The notes beneath the pieces were generated by a model. The model was not told where the DNA came from. It was given only the letters and a program-made list of their open reading frames with translations, and ran no database searches. DNA of 63,579 nucleotides, counting the filler, from Pirum gemmata (Eukaryota): the NCBI GenBank assembly GCA_002812295.1. It is 22 parts of 22 records of this genome, joined end to end, with 100 filler letters (N's around TTAATTAATTAA, not from the genome) between each part and the next. Parts side by side here need not be neighbours in the genome. Positions count along the whole stretch, not along the records: positions 12,020 to 16,155 come from PDIN01004984.1; positions 16,256 to 18,954 come from PDIN01004985.1; positions 19,055 to 21,767 come from PDIN01004986.1; positions 21,868 to 24,576 come from PDIN01004987.1; 18 more parts are not named here. The stretch is one strand, 5' to 3'. The first letter of the stretch is position 1; each line of letters opens with the position of its first letter. Of the stretch, positions 12,258-23,640 are shown one piece after another. A program made the position numbers and the translations under genes.

Positions 12258-12980
12258 AAACCATAAACCATAAACCATAAACCATAAACCATAAACCATA
12301 AACCATAAACCATAAACCATAAACCATAAACCATAAACCATAAACCATAAACCATAAACCATAAANNNNNNNNNNNNNNNNNNNNNNNNNNNNNNNNNNN
12401 NNNNNNNNNNNNNNNNNNNNNNNNNNNNNNNNNNNNNNNNNNNNNNNNNNNNNNNNNNNNNNNNNNNNNNNNNNNNNNNNNNTAAAAACCATAAACCATA
12501 AAAACCATAAACCAAAAAAACCATAAACCATAAAAACCATAAACCATAAAAACCATAAACCATAAAAACCATAAACCATAAACGATAAACCATAAACCAG
12601 CTAGACAATCTCTCTAGTAGTAGCTAAGTAGCTACTCTAGAGCAGTACCAGTCTCGATCTCGACTAGTCTACTTCTAGCTAAGCTTCTAGTGAAGGGGTC
12701 TACTTGTATAAACCATAAATCATAAACCTAAGCCATAAACCATAAGCCATAAACCATAAACCATAAACCATAAACCATAAACCATAAACCATAAACCATA
12801 AACCATAAACCATAAACCATAAACCATAAACCATAAACCATAAACCATAAACCATAAACCATAAACCATAAACCATAAACCATAAACCCTAAACCATAAA
12901 CCATAAACCATAAACCATAAACCATAAACCATAAACCATAAACCATAAACCATAAACCATAAACCATAAACCATAAACCA
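12258..12980 (+). repeat. (AAACCAT)n heptamer satellite
   Basis: Long tandem array, interrupted by an N gap and a CTAG-rich patch. It produces the spurious 'MVYGLWF' ORFs. Confidence 0.95.
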
Positions 12981-13150
12981 CAAATAATAAACAATAAACA
13001 ATAAACAATAAATAATAAACCTATAACTAACCCTAACCCTAATCTATAAATAATAAACGATATTTATACTAAAAATCAAAATCAATTGTCATAAAATATA
13101 ATAAATGAATAAATAAAAATAATAAATTAAATATATAAATGAAAACTTAC

Positions 13151-13206
13151 CACTACACGTCTTGCCACTGTGCCAGGGTGTATCGCACTCATAACACGAC
13201 TTGGTT
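13151..13206 (-). CDS. RBR E3 ligase: small exon encoding the end of the IBR domain
   Basis: AG|...TKSCYECDTPWHSGKTCS|GTAAGT. It ends in phase 1 (G) and joins the exon starting at 15305 (AG TAT) to read ...TCSEYKKE. Confidence 0.72.
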
Positions 13207-14310
13207 CTATTTAGAGTTATTAGGTAGGGTTAAAGAGGTATATATTTTATTACATATTAGGGGCTTATTAATTAATGTTTATATATTTGTTATACTTTTT
13301 ATAGTTTTTATATGTTATTTGTTATATGTTATATGTTGTTTGTTATAATATGTTGTTTGTTATTTGTTATTTGTTATTTGTTATTTGTTATTTGTTATTT
13401 GTTATTTGTTATTTGTTGTTTGTTTAGTAAATAATACATTAACGTTAACGTTAACGTTAACANCTAATTTAACTTAGTATGAGAACACTTTCCAAAATAC
13501 TATATATATATATATATATATATATGCTAATTTAACTTGGTATGAAAACACTTTTGATAACATTATTATATATACTATATTAGTATTTAACAATTCTTAA
13601 TATATATTTAACAACTTAGCTTACTATACATAATATGCTTATCCTACACCTATCCTACTATATATATAACAACTAAAACAAATATATGAAATTGTGTTTA
13701 AATTTTACAAAAAATATATAACCCTAACACTAACACTATGTAGATACATCAGTATTCCAAACCCCTGGTAGAACACATCAGTGCACTCACTAATGTCTAC
13801 TCTAAACCCTAGAGTAGAGAAAATGCATCATGTTATAAGTACTAGCGCAATGGAATCATATTATTTAATTTAAAACCTCATGGTACCTGTGTGTCTTTGC
13901 TATAAGCTATAAAAGCAGTAATTAAGTATGAAATTGCTATTGATAAATATTGGACTTCAAAATAAATATATGATTAGTAGTGGGAGGGTTAGGGTTATAC
14001 AAGGGGTTCCTCTGGTTGAGTTTGGGGTTATGTTTTGGTTTGGTTTTGGTTTGGGTTGGGTTTAAAGTTAGGGTTTCAGAGATTTAATTAGGGTTAGGGC
14101 TAGGGTCAGGGTTAGGGTTAGGGTCAGGGTTAGGGTTAGGGTCAGGGTTAGGGTTAGGGTCAGGGTTAGGGTTAGGGTTAGGTAACTGTTAGTATTAGGG
14201 TTTGAGGCCCTCTAAGGTTTGATAGGATTATCAGGGACAGGTTAGGATTAGCTGATCCGCAAGATTTTTTTTTAATTTATTTATTTATTATGACTAAATT
14301 CTAGTAATCA

Positions 14311-15305
14311 TCAGTCTTTATCATCTTCACTATCACTTATTTCTATAGTACCTTCATCACTGCTTAATTCCATTGCGTCAAAATTGACACCAAATGCGGG
14401 ACGACGTCTAAGATGACTAAAATAACTATCGGCTTTGACTCCATTAAGGGATGAGTGCCTATTCCTGACTGCATTTACTGGTCCTTGGGCTGGGATCCTA
14501 TTCCTGACTGCATTTACTGGGCCTTGGGTTGAGATCCTATTCCTGACTGTATTTACTGGTCCTAACCCTGGGTGCCTATTCCTAACTGAAATTATTGGGT
14601 GCCTATTCCTACCTGTATTTATTGGGTGCCTATTCCTACCTGTATTTATTAAGTGCCTATACCTATTGGCGGTCATGGTCCTCCTGAAAGCATTCCTTAA
14701 TGCGACGTTGTTACTATTATCTTCATTTTCGCTGTCTGTACTATCATCTTCATTTTCGTAGTCCGTACTATCATTTTCATTTTCGTTGTCCATACTATCA
14801 TCTTCATTTTCGTCGTCACCATGGTACGCAGCGTAATAAGTACCTAATTATAGTTATAATTATAGTTATTGCTAGGTGTAATAATAATATTTAAGGGTCA
14901 GGGTCAGGGTTAGGGTTAGGGTTAGGGTTAGGGTTAGTATTAGGGTTAGGGTTAAGGTTAGTATTACGGTTAGGGTTAAGGTTAAGGTGGGTTAGGGTTA
15001 GGGTTAAAGTTATGGTTATAGTTAAAGTTAAAGTTATAGTTATAGTTAAAGTTTAAGTTTAAGGTTAGCATTAGATTTACATGTGTGATTGTGGAAATGG
15101 TTTCCCTCCCGTAAAATATCTCTGTAGTCTGCTAAACAAAGCCAACAAAATTCATGGCGACAACCAGGAGCACGACAGGTCATGTGATCACATCCATCAC
15201 TTTTTTGAATAGGTGAAGCACATTTTGGGCACGGTTTAGTATTATTTTGAATGAATTCAGAACTTTGCAGCTCACAAGAAGAATTCTCGATCTCTTTCTT
15301 ATACT
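14311..15305 (-). CDS. RBR (Ariadne/Parkin-type) E3 ubiquitin ligase: RING2 exon and last exon
   Basis: Exon 15305-15081: TKPCPKCASPIQKSDGCDHMTCRAPGCRHEFCWLCLADY...GNHFHNHT. GT-AG intron. Exon 14843-14311: CTYY, then an acidic and repetitive tail to the stop. Confidence 0.9.
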
Positions 15306-15307
15306 CT

Positions 15308-16155
15308 AATTAACAATTAACAATTAATAATTAATAATTAACAATTAAAAATTAATAAATAATTAATTAATAATAAATAATAATAATTAATAATTAACAA
15401 TTCATTAATATAATTTAATTTAATTAATTTAACAATTAATAATTAATAATTAATAATTAATAACCATTAATTATTAATTATTAATTATTAATTAATAATT
15501 AATTAATTTAATTAATTTAATTAATCAATTCATTTAATTGATTAAATTAATCAAATTAACACTTCACTTATACTTAATACTTAATTATTAATTAATATTA
15601 TTAATTATTAGTTATTAATTATTAATTAATTAATTATTAATAGTTAATTATTAATAGTTAATAGTTACTAGTTAATGATTAATAATTAATAATTAATAAT
15701 TAATAATTAATAATTAATAATTAACAATTAACAATTAAGAATCAACGATTAACGATTGACGATTAACAATTAACAATTAACAATTAACAATTAACATAAT
15801 TAATAATTAATAATTAATAATTAATTAATAATTAATAATTCATTTAATTCATTTAATTGATTAAATTAATCAAATTAACACTTAACACTTTATACTTAAT
15901 AATTAATTATTAATTATTAATTATTAATTATCAATTAATTAATTATTAATAGTTAATAATTAATAGTTAATAGTTAATAGTTAATAGTTAATAATTAATA
16001 ATTAATGATTAATAATTAACAATTAAAAATTAAAAATTAAGAATCAACGATTAACGATTAACGATTACAATTAACAATTAACAATTAACAATTTTAACAA
16101 TTTTAACAATTAACAATTAACATAACAATTAACAATTAACAATTAACAATTAACA
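15308..16155. repeat. Intronic AT-rich 7-mer satellite (TTAATAA/TTAACAA variants) with a larger internal duplication
   Basis: Almost pure A/T heptamer repeats. The block ATTCATTTAATTGATTAAATTAATCAAATTAACAC recurs at ~15528 and ~15847. Confidence 0.9.
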
Positions 16156-17832
16156 NNNNNNNNNNNNNNNNNNNNNNNNNNNNNNNNNNNNNNNNNNNNT
16201 TAATTAATTAANNNNNNNNNNNNNNNNNNNNNNNNNNNNNNNNNNNNNNNNNNNNGGTTAGGGTTAGGGGTAGGGTTAGGGTTAGGGTTAGGGTTAGGGT
16301 TAAGAAAAAAACGAAACAAAAAGAGCAGATTTATTATTATTTTTTTTTTTATGATATCATTATGATATGATAATAAAAAAATATATATATGTGGTGATAC
16401 ACTTTAAAAACCTCCTACTTTTTTTTACTAAATAAAAAATTTTTATGATGGTTCGAAAATTTCAAACCTATTAATTATATTATTACATTACTTGTATTAG
16501 AAAATTGATCATTCCATTCGAACCCAAAAAGTTGGAAGTTTTTAAAAAGAATGTTTCCACCATATGTGAAAGCATTAATACTTTATTTAGTAATTAACTA
16601 CCAAAAAAGAACATTATGGTACAAATATGTGAAAGCATTAATACTTTATTTAGTAATTAACAACCAAAAAAAAAACATTATGGTACAAATAATCTAAAAA
16701 CTTCCAACTTTTATTTACTATTTTTAANAACCTTTTTTTATAGATAGGTTCGAAAATTTCAAACCTATTAATTATATTATTACATTACTTGTATTAGAAA
16801 ATTGATCATTCCATTCGAACCCAAAAAGTTGGAAGTTTTTAAAAAGAATGTTTCCACCATATGTGAAAGCATTAATACTTTATTTAGTAATTAACTACCA
16901 AAAAAGAACATTATGGTACAAATATGTGAAAGCATTAATACTTTATTTAGTAATTAACAACCAAAAAAAAAACATTATGGTACAAATAATCTAAAAACTT
17001 CCAACTTTTATTTACTATTTTTAAAAGTCGAACCTTTTTTTATAGATAGGTTCGAAAATTTCAAACCTATTATAACTTTTATTTACTAATTTTAAAAGTC
17101 GAACCTTTTTTTATAGATATGTTCGAAAATTTCAAACCTATTATAAATATTACTTTTTTTTTAATTGTTTGAACTTTGCACCCGTAACTTTGATTACTGG
17201 CTTCCAAATAAAACTGTTTTATTTTTTAAACTACCAAGGCGGATAAAAATGGCGATATCCGCCATATGAGCTCAAAAATCCAAAATCTCAAATTGACTCA
17301 ATTTATATAAAAGTACTACCAAAATTGGAGGAAAATTATTACTAAAAAAACTCTATTATGAACCAATAGCTAGATTTTAAAAAGAATTTGGCTAGCTAGC
17401 TAGTATTAAAGGTTTTTAAAAAAGAACCATGATTTCTACAGTTTTATCCGACTTGGCTGTTAAAAAAAAAAAAAAAAAAAATTACATCATTTTAAAAAAA
17501 AAATACGTCACGTTAAAGGGTAGGTAGATAGGTCTTATTTGGCTGGAAATTAACGTCGAGGGGTAGGTAGGTAGGGGTATTTGAAGCTGTGTTTGACGCT
17601 CCCTTATAAAACAGAAATTTACTAAATATAGTTATGGTACCAGACAATTTACTAAATATAGTTATGGTACCCAGAATTTACTAAATATAGTGAAAAAAAA
17701 AGGAAAACAATGATCAGCTTTTAACCAATAGGATTTGTTATAAGAAAAACTAATCACGGAAGCTTCCTAGCGAAAACTTCATGAACCATTTTTTTTTTTT
17801 TTTTTTTTTAAACACCAAAGCAAAAAAAAACG

Positions 17833-17868
<36 letters not shown>

Positions 17869-18755
17869 AACCAAGCCAAATAAAACGTAATTTTTTTTTT
17901 TTTTTTTTTTTAGACTTCTTTTTCTATAAGGACATCACTTATTCTTTGATAAAAGTCATTGCTCGAAAGTGAATGCCACAGACCTTCTATCCGCCTTCTG
18001 ACCCATCAGATGATAGGTTTAAGCTTTCAGATTGTGATCTATGACATTTAATAGAATGGAAATCTCGAAAAAGGATATTTCAAAAAGACCCTAACCCTAA
18101 CCCTAACCCCTAACACTAACCCTAACCCTAACACTAACCCTAACCCTTCCCTAACCCTAGACCCTAACCCTAACCCTAACCCCTAACACTATCACTAACC
18201 CTAACCCTAACCCTAACCCTAACCCTAACCCTAACCCTAACCCTTCCCTTACCCTAACCCTAACCCTAACCGACCTCCTTCTGTAAAGACTAATATGAAA
18301 GACAAAAATATAAACGATTATTAATATTTCATATTTTAATTAAATGCCTTAGTAGGTGTTTTTATAGAAAAGAAGTTTTTTTTTTCAAAAAAAATAACGA
18401 TGACTATCAGACTCTATTGGTGTAGAAGTCTGTATTGGATGTGTCTTTCAGCGTCTTTTAGCAGTCTTTCGCACTCTTTCAGCACTCTTTGGGAACTTTC
18501 AAAGGGGTAGGTAGGTGGTATACGTAGGTGCTATTTGACTAGAAATTAACGTCGAGGGGTAGGAAGGTAGGGGTATTTGAAGCTGTATTTGACCAGAAAT
18601 TGGCGTTATTATTATGTAGTTTTGGCGTTATGTAGTATTTGGATGTCCCAGAGTTTCAGCACTCTTTCAGCCACATGTATCTCACACTCTCACACTTTTT
18701 GTAACATAGTATATTTTTTATTGGTGCAGAATTTTCTTCTTTTTTTTTTTTTTGG

Positions 18756-18804
<49 letters not shown>

Positions 18805-19085
18805 TGTCTGTCAAAGTTTCAAACAACCAAGTCAAAGGAAGCCTTTCAAAAATAAACCTTGACGTGACGTATTATTTGACTAAAAAATAAAAGTGTAACC
18901 TAAACTCCAGCCTAGCTCCAGCCTAAACTCCTGAGGCTCAAACTCAACAAACAGNNNNNNNNNNNNNNNNNNNNNNNNNNNNNNNNNNNNNNNNNNNNTT
19001 AATTAATTAANNNNNNNNNNNNNNNNNNNNNNNNNNNNNNNNNNNNNNNNNNNNTAATAATAATAACAATCACCCTTTATCGTCA

Positions 19086-19120
<35 letters not shown>

Positions 19121-19574
19121 ATATATAGTGCCTTAACGAATACATTAAAGAGGTGCCTGAACCTCCAGAATGGCTGAAAGGATTATAACAACAACAACAT
19201 CAAGCGCGTATAGTTACATTGTTAAACTATTGATGTTTGCAAAATAGCAAATAGCAGAAATAATAATAAGTATAATAATAACAAAACCAAGTGCAAAAGT
19301 AACCAGAACAAATCAAAAAATCAAAATCCAATCACACACCTATATATAATCCAGAGAGCAATATTCGATAACATTAACAATAACACCATTAACTATAACA
19401 ATAACACCAATAACAATAATAACAATAACAATGCAAAATAAAGTTGTTATTAACTGTATTTCATTTACAATTTAATTTATTGATTTTTTTTAGTGCTATA
19501 ATTTTTATTCATTGGTGGTATACTGATATAAAATGAAAATAAATTAATTGCTCGAAAATCTCGATAATTAAACG

Positions 19575-20265
19575 TTAGTTAACGATTTTTTTTACTAACT
19601 GTGGTTAGTGTATCGTAAAATAAATCGAACCGAGCTTTTTTTTTTCACTTGTTCATTTATTTTTTTTGAACGAAAAAAAACTCGCATTTTCACTGCGCAT
19701 TAGTTGGTGGTACTTTTTTCCAAATAAGGTAATTTTATTAATTAAATTCAGTCTCATGCGAAAAAACACGCTTTTTATTGCAAACCCCTCTCAGTTTTCA
19801 TATAAAAAAGTAGGGATGTTCGAAACTGACAAAAAATCGATCAAAAAAAAAACCAAGTCAGTCAAAAAAAATAATTAGTAAAAATCCACTAATTAAACAT
19901 TAGTGAACTTTTTTTTTTTTTAACTAACTGGATTTAGTGCTGTCGTAAAAAAAATTGAATCGAGTTAACAAAAATAAAGCTCGATTCAATTTTTTTTTAC
20001 GTAGCACACCCCAGTTATTAAAAAAAAAGATTACTAACGTTAGCTAGTGCGTTTTTACGCAATTTTTTTTCGCATTTGGTTATTGTTACTCTTTTCCAAA
20101 AAAGGAAATTTTATTAATTAAAAAGACTCTTTCGCGAAAAACCCACTTTTATCGCAAGGCCCTCTCGGTTTTCATATTAAAAAGTGGAACGTTTGAAACT
20201 GACCAAAAATCGATCAACTAAAAACCTGGGTCAGTAAAAAAAAGTTAATTAATAAAAATGCACTA
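19575..20265. repeat. Diverged ~0.35-kb direct repeat pair with a central hairpin
   Basis: About 19695-19870 resembles 20072-20243. 19944-19964 pairs with 19980-20001, and the stem extends imperfectly to about 19900/20040. Confidence 0.7.
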
Positions 20266-20538
20266 ACCTTATTTTTTAGAATATTTTAAAACTATATGGT
20301 AAAAATGTATTCAACACCCAAATCAAAAAAAAATAAGAAATGTAAAATAAAATAAAAAGTTGTTAATGTTAGTAATATTGTGATGCTGTTGTGGTTGTAG
20401 TTGTTTTGTTGCTTGTTGCTTGTTGCTTGTTGTTTAATTGAATTTTGTTTATGATTAATTAAAGTTTGTGGTGATTGTGATTGTTGTGGGTGGTGGTGTT
20501 GGTGATGGTGATGGTGTTGGTGCTGGTGATGGTGTTGG

Positions 20539-20596
<58 letters not shown>

Positions 20597-21381
20597 GAGA
20601 TAGCCTTGTAATTTTTACAGTACTATACACGGAAAATAAACTACATATATATACAAAATAACAATAACCTTACACAGAAACCAATAACACTAGTACTATA
20701 TATTATAACGGAAATCCAACCCCTACATGAAAAAAAACATCACTTACGGAAAATAAATAACTAAACAAAGTATTTATCTGCCTTCTGGTTTTTTTTAAAT
20801 AAAATGCTAATTTTTGTTTTCAAGTTCGAAAAATATCTGGATAGTTAAGAACAAAAAAATATACATGACGTCATAATATTAATGATTTTATAGTATACGG
20901 AAAATTAATAACTAAACCAAAAAAAAGTATTTATCCTTCTGGTTTTTCTAAATTAATATCATAGGCCCGAATAATATCAGCTTGACCTATATTATGATTG
21001 CAAAGTTCGAAAAATGATCATAGTTATGAATAAATATATATGACGTCATAATATTAATAATTTTATAATATTTTTTTATTTTTAAATTATTATTGGTTTG
21101 TAGAAAAGTATAAAAAATCTCTGAAAAGAAAAAAATTAAAGAGAATAGAAAAAAAAAATTAATGAAAATAAAAATCACTATATACGGAAAATAAATAACT
21201 AAAACAAAAAAAAAATAAGTATTTATCCTTCTAGTTTTTCTATATTACTATCATAGGCCCGAATAACATCAGCTTGACCTATATTATGATTGCAAAATTC
21301 GAAAAATGACCGTATAGTTATGAACAAAAAACATACATGACGTCATAATATTAATAACTATAAAACAAACAAAAAAAGTAT

Positions 21382-21682
21382 TTATCCTTCTGGTTTTTCT
21401 AAATTAGTGTCATAGGCCCGAATAATATCAGCTTGACCTATATTATGATTGCCACGCTCTTCTTGTGAAAATGCAAAACCGTGAGAAACGTAAGGCCGTA
21501 ACACAGGAATTTTTTCCAAAATTCTTGTAAAGGAACCTGCAATTTTCATAAGAGTGGGATCCCGGTCCATATTTTCCATTTCTTGAATAATATGATAATC
21601 CAATGGGATTACAATTCTTTGAAATGCTTTCCAAATATAATCACGACCAATAGCAATACAGGGGATTATTATCATACTAAAC
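21382..21682 (-). CDS. P4-ATPase phospholipid flippase (Drs2/ATP8A type), last exon
   Basis: After an AG acceptor: FSMIIIPCIAIGRDYIWK...YHIIQE...HGFAFSQEE...QADIIRAYDT. GFAFSQ and IRAYDT are signature motifs of the Drs2/ATP8A C-terminal tail. Confidence 0.9.
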
Positions 21683-23260
21683 CTATTTTTGTTGTGTGTG
21701 TTATTGTTATTGTTATTGTTATTGTTATTGTTATTGTTATTGTTATTATTGTTATTGTTATTGTTGANNNNNNNNNNNNNNNNNNNNNNNNNNNNNNNNN
21801 NNNNNNNNNNNTTAATTAATTAANNNNNNNNNNNNNNNNNNNNNNNNNNNNNNNNNNNNNNNNNNNNATAATAAAATATACCAAATTAAATGAAATGAGT
21901 TTATATTGTATTAAAAAAATGTGGTACTCTTTATTGTATATTATATGATGACAAAACACAAACAACTGAAATTTGTCACTCTGAATATTTATTTGAAGGG
22001 TTATAATCTTTTTAAAAGTTGATATTTTTAAATCAATACATAGATAATAAAATAAACCAAACTAAATTAAATTGATTTATATTGTATTGATTTGGTACTA
22101 TTTATTGTATATTTTATGATGACAAAACAACTGAAAAGCACTATAACTGAAAATTAAAAAATATGATTAGATGAAAAAAACTGAAAAAAGTGATCTGTAA
22201 AAAGCATATGAAGAATAATCATTTTTTAAGAGTAGACATTGGAGGACATCAAACAACCTTTCAATTTGGTAGGTACGAGTTTTTTAAAAAAATAAATGCC
22301 ATTGGTCTGTTGTACAAAACTTATAATGCAACTATTAAAAAAAATAAAATAAACCACCACAATACACATTATAATACATTATATTATATACAATAATATT
22401 AGCTATGCATAATTTGCATATCATAAATGGGACTAATAACAATTATCAAAGAAAAAACTTCGTGCGTCTGTGTTTGTGTGTTGTATTATTCACACAAAGT
22501 ATAATTATCATACAAAGAACTAACCAATGATTCAATGCAAATACTAATTTATAATCGAAATTTGTAATTCTTACAAATTTATAAGAACAAGTTAAATTTA
22601 CTGATATTCACTTTTACTTTTAAGAACAAAGGGGAAGATTTAGTCCTAATTTATAAGGAATTAAAATTGCGAAAGCTTGGAAAATAGGTTATTATCACAC
22701 CTCTAAATTTATGGGTTGACAATTGACATGTTCACGACACTTTAGGTTAGGTATGTTTTATTTTGCACAAAATAATATATATCTATTTTATTTAATTTGG
22801 TTTATTTTATAATATAATTTTTATTTTAAAAAAAATATCAATTTTTAAATATTATAACCAACAAAATATATACTCGTGACAAAATCAATGAAAAGCACAA
22901 TGTATTATAATAAATAGTAGCTACACTATAGCTAGGATAGGATAATTATAGTAGTCTAATTATAATACCCGTACTGGATTACACTATATTAGGGAATATT
23001 AACAACTATCTATCTGGTATCTGTGATAGGTTTATTCTGATCCATAACTAGCCATCCATAATACTTCATGATCACTGGGTGTTTTTTCCTAACGTTTTTT
23101 CCGTAAATTTCTTATAAAAAAAAAAAAAAAAAAATTTTTAAAAAAANNNNNNNNNNNNNNNNNNNNNNNNNNNNNNNNNNNNNNNNNNNNNNNNNNNNNN
23201 NNNNNAAAAAAAAATTTTTTTAAAAAAAAAAAAAAAAAAAGATATCATATTTATATACAA

Positions 23261-23398
23261 TCAAATAATACGACACGTCAACGGGTAGGTAGTTAGGTGG
23301 TATTTGACCAGAAATTAACGTCGATGGGGTAGGTAGGTAGGGGTATTTGAAGCTGTATTTGACCGGAAGTTGGCGTTATGTAGTATTTGAACGCTCCC
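23261..23398 (-). mobile_element. MITE-like family A (~140 bp; internal GGGGTAGGTAGGTAGG repeats), possibly PIF/Harbinger-like
   Basis: Copies at ~2260-2355, 17502-17603, 18505-18620, 29650-29706, 44092-44180, 46435-46545. Ends GGGTGTTCAAATAATAC / GTAGTATTTGAACGCTCCC are inverted. TTA follows the terminal CCC at ~17604 and ~44178. The superfamily assignment is inference. Confidence 0.72.
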
Positions 23399-23409
23399 AT
23401 TTAGACTTC

Positions 23410-23640
23410 TCCTAAAAAGCTTTGTTTAAAAAAAAAAAAAAATTGAGTTTTTTCGAGCCTATGCATTAATTACGTAAGTTCGAAAATTTTAAGCTAACAG
23501 TTAAGTATTCAAGTATATTTATTTATTTATAAACCCGAAAAAATAGAGAAAAAATAATTTTCGAACAGGGCTGAATTTCTAATTTTTTTTTTTTATTTCG
23601 ACAGCAGAAATTTGAGTTTCGGGCTCGAGCAGAATTGGGA
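23410..23640 (+). mobile_element. MITE-like family D (~230 bp)
   Basis: Core TAAGTTCGAAAATTTTAAGCTAACAGTTAAGTATTC...AAACCCGAAAAAAT also occurs at ~28975-29155 and ~61560-61735 (reverse). Terminus GCAGAATTGGGA / CCCAATTCTGC is also seen at ~53953 and ~61857. Confidence 0.7.

Noticed and set aside
16256..16302. TTAGGG arrays as true chromosome ends or nanochromosome telomeres
   Set aside because: Most arrays are internal, degenerate and in both orientations. Contigs break at all kinds of simple repeats, and no contig is capped at both ends.
16448..17025. Near-identical ~280-bp tandem duplication
   Set aside because: The copies are separated by a single N at 16728, typical of an unmerged contig overlap.
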